64,000 nucleotides of DNA, taken from assembly GCF_001194135.2 (NCBI RefSeq), contig NC_068990.1:495379-559378 (forward strand), in the 5' to 3' direction. A program made the position numbers and the translations under genes. The notes beneath the pieces were generated by a model that ran no database searches, had not been told where the DNA came from, and was given only the letters and a program-made list of their open reading frames with translations. Shown here piece by piece: positions 24,466-36,173 of this stretch; positions within the stretch are counted from its first letter, which is position 1; the number at the start of each line of letters is the position of its first letter. Origin of the DNA: Octopus bimaculoides (lineage: Eukaryota).

Positions 24466-26635
24466 TATATATAAAACAAGTTATTTAAGCTACACATCAG
24501 TCCTTATTGAACAAATTAATGAGGAAAGGTACTCTAGCTTTGACCATTCCATTTTCCTTGTTCTAAGACTACATTGTCCAAAGAATCCTTATTTTAACAT
24601 GAAATGGTATAATTCGAGGGCATATAGTTGTTATTTCTAGCAGGTTAAGTGACTACATTAGAAGCTTCTTCATCGATTGATTTTTTTTTCCCATTATTTG
24701 ATTCACAAATGATTTGGATTTGAGATAGACTATTGAAACTTAGACAACTACCCAGGAGCCAAGGAGTAGCTTCTCTAAGCTTGTTTACTTTTGAGACATC
24801 CCCAGACATTATAATTTTAAATTTAATTCTGTGTCCTTTACTTTGTTTGATTGCTAATCTTTCTTTCTCAAGTACAGAGTAGTTGTTTATGGTTTTGTGA
24901 ATTATGATTAAGTTTAATGTACTTTAAAACTGGCATTGCTGTGTTGTTAAATAATTTGTTTCTTCATCTGCTGGTTTTGGTTTCAGTCTCTCTGTATAGT
25001 ACCTTGAGTAATTGTGTTCTACTACAACCTTGGACCAGCTGAAACCTTTGCTAGACAGAAGCTGAAAGATGCCCATTGTGTGTGTGCGTGTGCATGCATG
25101 TATCTGTGAGTTTGTATTTCTCTTGCATTTGCTGGCTTTTAAACAATGGCTTCCTGTTGATATCATTTGTTTGCAGTTCACAGTGAAAGTGTTTGTGAAC
25201 TTCTTGACATGTTGCACAATCTTTGTATATCTATGATGAATGGGCCTTTATTGTTTGATAAACTGGTTGATTATTACTTCATTTGAAAATGAATGGCCTG
25301 TGGGTTGGTGATAGGGTTAGGGTCCTGGTTACGAAAAAAGAACTCTGCCTCAACACACTCTCCTCTGATCTATGCAAGCATGGAGTAGACACTAAAACGA
25401 TGGTGCATATAATGCATTTGTAAATGGTTAGTGGCATGTTTGCATTTCATCCAAATGGGACATAGAAGAAATAAGTGACCCTCATTCCCACAGCGTCAAA
25501 GTTGGTAGCAGTAGGTCATTGACGGTAATTGTGCTGGGTTATAAGCTCTGACGAGGGCAGACATTAGGATGATGTTTTGATGATCTGAACACACACCAAG
25601 TTAGATTGTATTGTGATATCTGATGAGCCCTTAAGTAATTTTGGCAAACCTTGTGCATTCTCACAAAAGCTCAGTTTTCTTCACTTAATTTTGCCTCTGG
25701 ACTTATTGTGTAAGAATGAGAGAGTGAGTTTCATGTACCCACAGCTCTTTCTCATTGATATATATATGTATATATATATGTATGTTTATATGTATGTATG
25801 AATATATATATATATATGTATACATATGTTTATATATATTTATATTATGGTGTTGTACTTGTCAAGTAAGTATTTGACCTGAGGCTGTGTTGAAACATAA
25901 GCAATGGCAGTGTGAAGATAGTTCTATAGCCATTCAAAATCATACAAAAACTGTTAAATTCACTTAAAAATTTATTGTTTGTAATATGGTGATAAAATTT
26001 CTGTGTATTTGGGATGGCTAACATGTCTTCCATACACAATTGTGTGTATGCAATTAGATGTCTTAGAGAACAAACTTTCTCAGCATCCTAAAATATCTAG
26101 TGGTAGGAAGGTGTTCTCCAACTGAAATAGACCTAGCTTGAATGCTTCCAACAATGTGGAGATCACATGAATGGCATCAGTCTATGGCGAAGTAGTGGTA
26201 TGAAAACAGACAAATGACCATATCTATCACCAAACACAAATAAAATAAGAAATAAAGTTAACATTTAACATATTTCATGTAGTAGCATCAACAAATTTAA
26301 TTAGAAATACTTCAATGCTGAGGAAAGGATGTTCTTAATCCCAAATGACTTAATATCATTTCAATCATTTTGACCAGTCAAGAGAAACAAACTCCAGACA
26401 GGTTCAGAAATTATTACAGTTCTTCATTAAGGAATACGTTTCATATCAAAGTCATAATTAAATGATTAAAATGTAGAATTTGTTACATGAATGAAATATG
26501 ACACCGCATCTCCCATGTGAGTAAGGAAAACATCAACATTAAAAATTTGAATTATTGCAATTCTGTTGTACTTCTACCATGTCTTTGACCTCCTCTGCAA
26601 AGATTATGTATAGTACTCGTGTGTGTGTATGTATG

Positions 26636-26666
<31 letters not shown>

Positions 26667-26683
26667 GTATCTGTGTATGTGTG

Positions 26684-26722
<39 letters not shown>

Positions 26723-26728
26723 TCACAA

Positions 26729-26791
<63 letters not shown>

Positions 26792-26800
26792 CGCAAACAC

Positions 26801-26831
<31 letters not shown>

Positions 26832-27044
26832 TGCATATACTCACACACACACACATATAACAATAATTTGAGTGAAGCATTGTATGATATTCTATAAAAG
26901 CTTGGGGCCGAAACAAGTGAAAGGAACAACAGTTGAAGTTCCTCTTTGTATTTTGAAATAAAGGGCACTGTCTTTACTCTTGTTGTTCGTTTCATGTTCT
27001 TTCAGCCTTATCAAGTTTTTCTCATATATTCTTTTATATTCTTT

Positions 27045-27415
27045 TACTTGTTTCAGTCATTTGACTGTGGCCATGCTGGAGCACCGCCTTTAGTTGAGCA
27101 AATCAACCCCAGGACTTTATTCTTTGTAAGCCTAGTACTTTATTCTATTGGTTGCTTTTGCCAAACTGTGAAGTTACAGGGACATAAACACACTAACATC
27201 GGTTGTCAAGCAATGGTGGGAGGATAAACACACACACAAACATATACATACATAATTTTATATATATATATATATATATATTTATATGTATATATACGAT
27301 GGGCTTCTTTCAGTTTCCGTCTACCAAATCCACTCACAAGGCTTTGTTCGGCTTGAGGCTATAGTAGAAGACACCTGCCCAAGGTGCCATGCAGTGGGAC
27401 TGAACCTAGAACCAT
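27045..27415 (-). mobile_element. Family A SINE
   Basis: Tail-to-head match to 4446-4815, lacking the first ~30 nt of the head. Confidence 0.92.
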
Positions 27416-27419
27416 GTTT

Positions 27420-27975
27420 TCCATGCGTGGATACCCTTCCTAATGCCAACAGCTCTGAGTGTAATGGGTGCTTTTACATGCCACCAGCATGGGTGCCATT
27501 TGCGTCACCCTGGTATCTGCCACGGCTGCAAATTTGCTTGGCTTGATAAACCAAGCATGATACAATGCCAAAGGCCTTGGTCATTGTCTCTGTGAGGCCC
27601 AACACTTGAAAAGAACTCGGGCACTTTGCCAACGTTCAAAGGATATTCTTTACATCCTTCCAGCAGAAGTGCACTAGCCTTGATGGGTCCTCTCAAGCAC
27701 AGTACATCGCCAAAGGTCTCAGTAAGGCTCAAAGATTGAAGATCATGCTTCACTGCCTCGACCCATGTCTTCCTGGGTATACCTCTACCATAGGTTTCCT
27801 CTACAGTTAAAGATCGGCACTTCTTTACACAGCTGTCCTCGTCCATACACATCACATGACCATGCCAGCACAGTCATCTCTCTTTCAAACCACGTCTGAT
27901 GCCTCTTTTGCCCAGCTTTTCTCTCGAGATGCTTACACTCTGTCGAACATGCACACTGGCATTGTGCATCCCGTC
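27420..27975 (-). mobile_element. RTE LINE 3' end (ORF end, 3' UTR and family-B tail)
   Basis: MDEDSCVKKCRSLTVEETYGRGIPRKTWVEAVKHDL then UTR running into TGGCATTAGGAAGGGTATCC. Confidence 0.88.
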
Positions 27976-27991
27976 ATGTATATAGATATGA

Positions 27992-28072
<81 letters not shown>

Positions 28073-28329
28073 TACATGTGTGTGTATGTATTTATGTGTT
28101 TGTTCCCCCCCCCCCTCGCCACCACTAGACAACCAATTTGGGTGTGTTTACATCTCTGTAACTTAGCGGTTTGGCAAAAGAGACCGATATAATAAGTATT
28201 AGGCATACAAAGAATAGATCCTGGGGTTGATTTGTTCGACTAAAACTCTTCCGAGCCTGCCTGGCCACAGTCAAATGGCTGAAAGCAGTAGAAGATGAAA
28301 GATCGATTTTTAACTCTATTTTATATATT

Positions 28330-28790
28330 CTTCTCACAAATTATGCAGTTTCCTTCAATGGTTTTCCCTTTCACTTCCACACCTTCCCCTCACCTATATG
28401 ATCAAATCTACCCAGCCCTCCCACACATCCACTATCCCACACCACTACCCTTCCCACCATGCACACCTGACAGCATAAGTAACTGTAGGTACCCCACAAT
28501 ACTCACACACACACACTGTCCCCTATACCCATCTCTTTTCACAGGTAGCCTCCTGTACGTGCACAAACCCTAACCCTAACGCCTCTGTTCCTAGTTCCTC
28601 CCCATAGAATTGCATTCTTACCTGGTCCTTAAACTTTTTTCATTTTCCACCAATTTTTCTATTTTTCTCTTCCATTCTTCCCTTTTTCAGATGGAGGACT
28701 AGTATCCGAAATTTTGGGACCTTTCCTTTCCTTTCTCAGCATTGAAATAATATCTTTGCTACAACTTGTCCCTCTCGTTTTGTCTTTTAT
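28330..28790 (+). mobile_element. Decayed Penelope-like 3' region
   Basis: Pyrimidine-rich tract with a hammerhead-like remnant CAGATGG-A-GGA-CTAGTA-TCC-GAAAT at 28688-28712. Confidence 0.4.
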
Positions 28791-29405
28791 TTTCTTCATA
28801 ACCTAACACAGCAATACATACACACATACATACATACATACATTGGTACTGGTATGGCTGAGTGGTTAAGACACTTACCATCCAACCACATGGTCTCAAG
28901 TTGTATTCCACTGTGACAGTTTGGGCGTCTTCTTCTACAACCCTGGACTGACCAAACCTTTGTCAGTGGATTTGGCAGAGAGAAAGTGAAGGAACCCTGA
29001 TGTATGTATGTATGTATGCATGAATGTGTGTGTGTGTATATACACGCACACACATACGTGTGTGTTTGTGTGTACCCTTGTCTTGACATCATGTGATGAT
29101 TGTAAACAAACATGCAAATGATGGCGTTCGTTTCCAGTTTCCCCATGGAAAACATTTTCTGGCCATGGAGTGATACATTACCTTGGAAACAGGTGCAGGT
29201 TGACAGCAGGAAGGGCTGAGTATAACCAGCCGAAATTGCAGCTAATCTGGAACTCGACTGAGGATAGAAAACTCCGAATGACCCGTCCTTGTTTTCTTTG
29301 CATCGTCTGCTTGGATGTTGCCCCTTTTTTGTATCACCTAACTGTCCAGAAGTTTTGCGTTCTTGTCCCTTTTTTGGTTTATATATGTGTGTGTGTGTGT
29401 GTGCG

Positions 29406-29446
<41 letters not shown>

Positions 29447-30029
29447 ATTATAAATACCTATAATTTTCAGTTAGTCTAACTTGTGTACATTTTCTCAGTA
29501 TTCATTTAACTGATAGAACTGTTATGCTACGCAAATTACTAACTTGTGTTTACTCTCTGACCTTCAAAAATGTGTGTGTGTGTTTACACACACACACACT
29601 CACTCACTCACTCACTCACTCACTCACTCACGTGTGCGCCTTTGTCATCATGGTGCTTTGAAAGCGATAGTGAAATCAGGTGAAGAAGGTCAACATCTCG
29701 TTGCTTCTACCGACATTTATTTTCCTTCTTTATCCACCAAAGGAATTTCCTAACGTTTTTCTTTGAAATGATTCACATATCTGTGATGGTGGTGGTGTTT
29801 GCTTGTTGACTACCTCTCTGTAATAGTAGTAATTCTGTTGGTGGGGGTGATCTATGGTGACATTGTCCGCTATGATAGAGCAGAGAGCTATAATCAAAAT
29901 CTTTCCGGTTATCAATATCCTCTCTTTATTTATTTTCTTATTTATTTATTGTTGTATTTTGGGACGGTAATTTTTTTATTTTGCCAAGTAAACACATGTA
30001 CTATATATTCGTTCTTCACTCGTTTTTTA

Positions 30030-30237
30030 CTCTTTTACTTGTTTCAGTCATTTGACTGTGGCCATGCTGGAGCACCGCCTTTAGTCAAGCAAATCGACCC
30101 CAGGACTTATTCTTTGGAAGCCTAATACTTATTCTATCGGTCTTATTTGCCGAACCACTAAGTTACAGGGGACGTAAACACACCACCATCGGTTATCAAG
30201 TGATGTTGGGGGGACAAAAACAGACACACAAACATAT

Positions 30238-30291
<54 letters not shown>

Positions 30292-30420
30292 GACGGGCTT
30301 CTTTCAGTTTCCGTCTACCAAATCCACTCATAAGGCTTTGGACGCCCCGATGCTATAGTAGAAAACATATGCCCAATGTGCCAAGCAGTGGGAATGAACC
30401 CGGAACCATGTGGTTTGGAG
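30030..30420 (-). mobile_element. Family A SINE (5' end lost next to the Helitron fragment)
   Basis: Match to the family A consensus. Confidence 0.92.
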
Positions 30421-30431
30421 GAACTGTGGTT

Positions 30432-30800
30432 GTTCATTTGTGGGCAAGAAGGAACCAATGAGGTGATAGACTTGCCCTTGAACTTTGACATCGGCGTAAA
30501 TTCATGTTTATCTATCTTCTTAGATGCACCAAATGATGTCATTTGAAATGCAGAGTTGTCTGATATTGTTCAGAAACTCCTTTGACTGGATGGAAGTGCC
30601 TTCTAGAAGATCCATAAGAGGTTGAGACGGAGCTGGTAGTGCTGGCAATGTTACCTTACCACATGTGCAGCACATACCATTTGTTTCATTTGAAAATTTT
30701 AAAGCTCTACAGAAACGACAATCTGTGTTTAGCGCACCAATTTGGACAGTTATCATTTTTATAAGAATGGGATGGATCATATCTGAGAACAGCTTCAGGA
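30432..30800 (-). mobile_element. Helitron Rep/helicase N-terminal fragment (two frameshifts)
   Basis: CRFCRALKFSNETNGMCCTCGKVTLPALPAP..LMDLLEG..SKEFLNNIR/NSAFQMTSFG/KVQGQVYHLIGSFLP is the typical Helitron RepHel N-terminal signature. Confidence 0.92.
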
Positions 30801-31227
30801 GTTGTGAAGAATGAATTTGTACGTAGTCTGTTTCTGAGAGTTATTCTATTGGACCTCTGTCTAATCATTAAAACATTGATTTAATCATCCAGCATTAAGT
30901 GCTGCAACATGCATTTGCTGATCTTGAGAAAATTTTATCTCTCTTCAGACTCTTGCCTTCGGTTTTCTACAGTCCTCCTTGTTTTATACTTATTTCTGGA
31001 GAGATTACGTCTTTTCTGTGTTTCTCCCACTCACTCCGTAAAAATATATTTGAAGAGAGCAGAAATTGAAAGAAGAGAAAGCGAAAAGGCCACAGAGAGA
31101 AACAGAAAGATGTATGTACATCTATATGAAATGGACGTGTGTGTGTGCGTGTGCGTGCGTGCGTGCGTGCGCGTGTGCGCGCGTGTGTGAGTGAGAGAGA
31201 GTAAATCGGTTTTGGAATGCATAAGGA

Positions 31228-31258
<31 letters not shown>

Positions 31259-31269
31259 CATACATCTAT

Positions 31270-31446
31270 ATGTATATATGGGTGCAGGACATAAAAAAAA
31301 ACGTTAAACAATGAGAAACGAAAACAGAAAACGAACTTTTTTCGAACAACGAAAAAAAATAAACAAACAGAGAAACGAGACATGCAACATAAAGAGTATA
31401 TCCCTTCGTCAGTTGTCCCTGTCCATCTACTCCGCGTTTCGAGATA
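31270..31446 (-). mobile_element. Penelope-like 3' end with split hammerhead core
   Basis: Minus strand TATCTC-GAAAC-GCGGA-GTA-N15-CTGACGA-A-GGGATA, then T-rich UTR ending ATGTCCTGCACCCATATATAC. Confidence 0.65.
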
Positions 31447-32038
31447 GGCTTCTTTCAAACTGAAAGTATTATCTCACATTACAGTAGAGACGTAATACTG
31501 AAATTAGTGGAAGAGATAAGAGATTGGTCTGGGCTCGCATTAGGCAAGAAGTTGGAAATTTATTTGGCCCATGACACTACATGGACCTTGGCTTTTGTTT
31601 TGACGACTATTTTATTTCGATTTTAAGTATATATGTATGTATGAGCCAATGAGGGAGACCTCTATATGGTAGCTAAACCTGGTAGAAATAACAGCCAAAT
31701 CTCCCTCAAAACACCCTACTGTCTTAATCCGACAATTCTGCCTATTATGTAGTTTGAATGAGAAACTATAACTAAAGATTAAGATTATTAACCCCAAACT
31801 TGGACGGTGTTAAGTAGTGGAGACGTACGAAAGAGTGGGTATCACCTACTTGCCTCGTGGCGTTGAGAGAGAAAGTTCAATCAGAGCAACTCGAGACGGC
31901 TAGTGTTCTTTCTTCCTTCTTCCCCCCCCCTCTATATACGTGTGTGCAAATCCTTTCTCGCACGCACATACTCTCTCTCTCTCGTGAAGATAGTTTCTTT
32001 ATCTCCCATTTTCTTGGGAAGCCTTAGCCAACGGGTTA

Positions 32039-32085
32039 GGGTCTGAAGAAACGCTGCTTATTGGACGCGAACCCCAGGGTAACCC
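32039..32085 (+). ncRNA. Type I minimal hammerhead-like motif, about two substitutions from ideal
   Basis: GGGT-CTGAAGA-A-ACG..CGC-GAAC-CCC-A-GGG-TA-ACCC; stem I 4 bp; 10.1 and 15.1 deviate. Confidence 0.4.
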
Positions 32086-32377
32086 CACAGACCGGCCATA
32101 TCTATCTTTATCTATACACTCTACTTTTCTATAACTTAGAATGTGCTTCTCTTTCGGATTTATGATTAACTGAAGATATATATAAATGGGTGTGACCAGT
32201 ACCTCATCAGTTTTGCGCCCTGCTATCTACAGTACACACCATGCCCTTCATCTATGTCTTCCTCCCCACTCTCTCTCTCTCTCGTCCACTACACATCTCA
32301 CATTCCTTCTCTCTCTCTCACTGATGAATTTCTCTTCTTCCCTTATTTATCTCTCTCACACATGCGAGAGATAAATA

Positions 32378-32660
32378 CAGGCTTACGTCGGTAATTCAAG
32401 ACACGCGACTTAACTTGAAAAACGAGCTACACGAGAAAAAAAGCAAAAAAAAAAAAAAGCTAGTAGCTGTCCTAATAAATGGTTTATGGATATTTTTACA
32501 CGTACTTTGATTTTCCTCTTCAGCATGGGTTTTTGTTATTAGTTTTAATTAGACCGACGTAAAGTTGAATAAATCGACGTAAGTTGATGTTTATGCTTCT
32601 TTTCTCTTTCAAAAAATGTCGAAGCTGTAAGTCGAAACGACGTAAGCTGAAGTGTGCCTG
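32378..32660. mobile_element. pogo/Tigger-like MITE
   Basis: TA|CAGGCTTACGTCG ... CGACGTAAGCTGAAGTGTGCCTG; internal CGACGTAAG subrepeats. Confidence 0.6.
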
Positions 32661-33199
32661 TCTATGTAAATAGAGATGCAAGATAACTTACATGCTGTTT
32701 ACTAAAAATACAGCTGCCTGCTTTAACATCTATATTTAATATATGGAGATATATAAAAAAGTTATGTAGTCATCGTTTTTCTTCTATTCTCTCTCGCAAA
32801 CTACTTGCATTAAGCTTCTCTATTCTCTCAACAGTTCATCGATACTTCACCGTTCTTCTGCTGCCATTCGGGCGTCATTATTAATGCGCACGCAGTTGTC
32901 TTATTGTAAACACGAAAAGCATGTAGGGTCATTTCAAGCCTTGTATTACCCCCCCCCCTCCCGCCACGCATTTTTGTGTACCTCTCTCATTTTGTGTCTC
33001 TGTCCCTCTTTCTCTTTTTGTGTCTCTGCCCCTCTCTCTTTCGTGTCTCTGTTCCTCTCTCTTTTTGTCCCCCTCTCTCTCTCTCGCTCCTATAACATTT
33101 CACTTTTACTCTAATATTTCAGCCTCTCTGTTTTCTGCAACATATATCATTATCTTATGTATCCTTCCTTTGTCGTGCCGCGCGCGCGCGCGCGCGCGC

Positions 33200-33235
<36 letters not shown>

Positions 33236-34382
33236 TCTAGGGCAAGTGAGACCGGCCGCCCTTAGTGCTTGTGTGCGGGTGTTTGACAAAAAACTTGATA
33301 TGCGTGTGTTTTTCTCCTTGCTTTGACGTTGCTCGGCATTTGTATACTAGTGTAGCTTCCTTCATTTCTAGTCTTCCGTGAAACATCTGAGCTCATGGAA
33401 ATATTACTTTGCTTGAGGGTGAGGGTTGGCAACTGGAAGAGCATTTGACATTAGTAAATCTGCCTCTACGAATTCCATCTGACCCCTGCAATCATAGAGA
33501 AGTGGGCGCTAAAGCGATGACGATGGTGATGATTACTCTATGCAGGTATTTGACTTTCTAGTAATAGCGGCAAAATCTTTAAATCACATTCTGTATTCTG
33601 TTTTTAAAAAAATCTAAAATGAACAAAAGACAAAACTCATTGATTAGCTATACGAACATGGAATTGTAAGAAGTGAAACACCTTTGATTACGGGTCTTTC
33701 TAATTAAGGTTGGCCAAGGTTAAACAAGACTTGGTAAATGCTTTTCATAACCTTCAGTCTTGTACATATTTAAAATGTCTCCCCGGCAGCCATTTGTTTC
33801 TCCCTAAAATCTTAGTTAATTTCCTAAGCTTTAAATCTGCTCTCATCAAAATAATAATCCTTTCTACTCTAAAGCCTGAAATGTTGTGGGAGGGAGCTGT
33901 TCGATTACTTCGTCCCTAGTTCTCAACTGGTATTTATTCTATTCTATCAACTCATGAAAGATGAAAGGACCTCAACGGATTTTGTACTGAGTGAAAGAGC
34001 TAGAGACACACTTGACTACTAACATTAGCATAAAGCCACGAATTTTAAGGTTGGGTGTAGTCAGTCAGTACTTGAATCCTAATTTATTTTATTGACAACT
34101 GAAGGATGAAAGATAAAGTTGATCTCTGTAGTATTTTTAATTTTGTTGTTTTAAGTCTTTAAGTTATTATAACTGAGAGCATAAAAAAAAATATAATATA
34201 TATATGAAAAAAGATATAACTAAATCCCATTAGGCAATATTTTTCGACAATTTACTCCCCGTTTACTATCTTAATCCTTTTGTTAACATATATCTGTTGC
34301 CATACACTCCTTATCTTCCAATTAATTTTGAAAATAATGTTCCAAGTTAATCAAATAACTTTTGTCATTGAACTTAATGGTA

Positions 34383-34560
34383 AGGCGATGAGGTGGAGGA
34401 ATTGCAAGCCACCTCAGACAGAATGCTCAGTGCCATTTCTTCCAGCTTTGCATTTTGAGTTCAAATTCCACCAAGGTCGACTTTGCATTTCATCCATACG
34501 AGGTCGATAAAATAAGTACCAGTTGAGCTCTGGGGGAAATGTAATCAACTATCGCCCCTC
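34383..34560 (+). mobile_element. tRNA-headed SINE with Nin/Deu-like central domain; inverted copies at ~33860-34040 and ~39995-40150
   Basis: GAGTTCAAATTCCACCAAGGTCGACTTTGCATTTCATCCATACGAGGTCGATAAAATAAGTACCAG resembles the DeuSINE/Nin conserved domain. Confidence 0.72.
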
Positions 34561-35431
34561 GGTAATGTTTGGAATATAACATGAAATATTTATGGAAGAT
34601 TTTAATTTAGATCGCTTTAAAACAGAAATTAGGTGTAATCTCAGGCAGGTTGGTATTTAGATGGTTAACCAATATTGTCATCATATTTATCTATTGAGCA
34701 TTTTATGGATTGTTGCTGTTCAATAAGACTGCGAACTCTTGAGGGTGATTCCACTTATTGGTTTTATTATTCCAGCAGAATTTTGAACTCAATTGACCTG
34801 CTAGAAATAACAGCTAAATCTGTTTTGCTTTCACATCCTATTGCCTAAAAAAATATTTTAAAATGGGAGGATACATTAGATGATGTAGTCTTAGATGGAC
34901 TGCTTTTTACTTTTTCTTATCTTGTTTCAGTCATTGGCGTGCAGCTATGCTGGGGCACCATCTTGAAAGGCTTAGTTGAACAAATTGACCCCCTGTTCTT
35001 ATTTGTAAGTTTAGTACTTATTTTACCAGTCCCTTTTGCCAAACTAAGTTATGGGGATGTGAAATAACCAACACCAGCTGTCAAGCAGTGGCGGGTTGCG
35101 TGTGTGTGGCACGTAAAAAGCACCATCCGAACGTAGTCGATGCCAGCTCCCTCTGGCCCCTGTGCCGGTGGCATGTAAAAAGCACTCACTACACTGTGGG
35201 AGTGGTTGGCATTAGGAAGGGCATCCATATGTAGAAACACTGCCAGATCAGATTGGAGAGTGGTGCAGCCTCCTGGCTCACCAGACCTCAGTCAAACCAA
35301 GTAAAGCATGCTAGCATGGAAAACGGACGTTAAACGCTGATGATATATAGATATATATATGCACGCGCACGCACACGCGCACACACACACGCACGCACGC
35401 ACGCACGCGCGCACGCGCACACACACACCTA

Positions 35432-35600
35432 CCTTTCGATATCAGTCCGAAATATTGGCCTTTTCCGTAAAAAGTGTCTTTGGCGATCTTTACCAAAGAT
35501 CGGCCTTTTCCGTAACACCCGCACGATTTTCACTAGGGTGTTAGGGTTAGGGTTTACGGTTAGGGACGGAATTCCCTAACCCTAAACCCTTCAAAAGAAA
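35432..35600. repeat. Small structured repeat with a telomere-like inverted hairpin
   Basis: AGGGTTTACGGTTAGGGA-CGGAAT-TCCCTAACCCTAAACCCT (35549-35590); direct repeat GGCCTTTTCCGTAA at 35457 and 35502; 8-bp hairpin 35484-35502. Confidence 0.8.
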
Positions 35601-36141
35601 TCGCACTCTCTGTATCTCTTTCATTTTTNNNNNNNNNNNNNNNNNNNNNNNNNNNNNNNNNNNNNNNNNNNNNNNNNNNNNNNNNNNNNNNNNNNNNNNN
35701 NNNNNNNNNNNNNNNNNNNNNNNNNNNNNNNNNNNNNNNNNNNNNNNNNNNNNNNNNNNNNNNNNNNNNNNNNNNNNNNNNNNNNNNNNNNNNNNNNNNN
35801 NNNNNNNNNNNNNNNNNNNNNNNNNNNNNNNNNNNNNCATGCATTTATGAATCGCCTAAGCATTATTGAATACTTTTCAAAAGGACAGAAAATGAGTTTA
35901 TTCATTGTCATAAGTGTGAACTAGGTTCAGTTTTGAAAGTAAATGTGTTTGTTAGGTATTCTTTTCTTTTTATCTTTTACTTATTTCAGTCATTTGACTG
36001 CGGTCATACTGGGGCAGCACCTTGAAGGGTTTTAGTTGAACAAATCAACCCCCAATTCATTTTTTATCAAATAAATTGGGGGTACTTATTCTATCGGTAA
36101 ACAAACCAACACCAGTTGTCATGTGGTATGTGTGTCACGCG

Positions 36142-36173
<32 letters not shown>

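Larger units (their letters stand above)
31780..33330. promoter_or_regulatory. CpG-rich island, possible unmethylated promoter region
   Basis: Visibly higher CG density than the flanks; (CG)11 at 33179-33200; long CT tracts. Confidence 0.35.

Noticed and set aside
35541-35590. True telomere or chromosome-fusion site
   Set aside because: Only about three degenerate units per side, embedded in a structured repeat; too short to support the claim.
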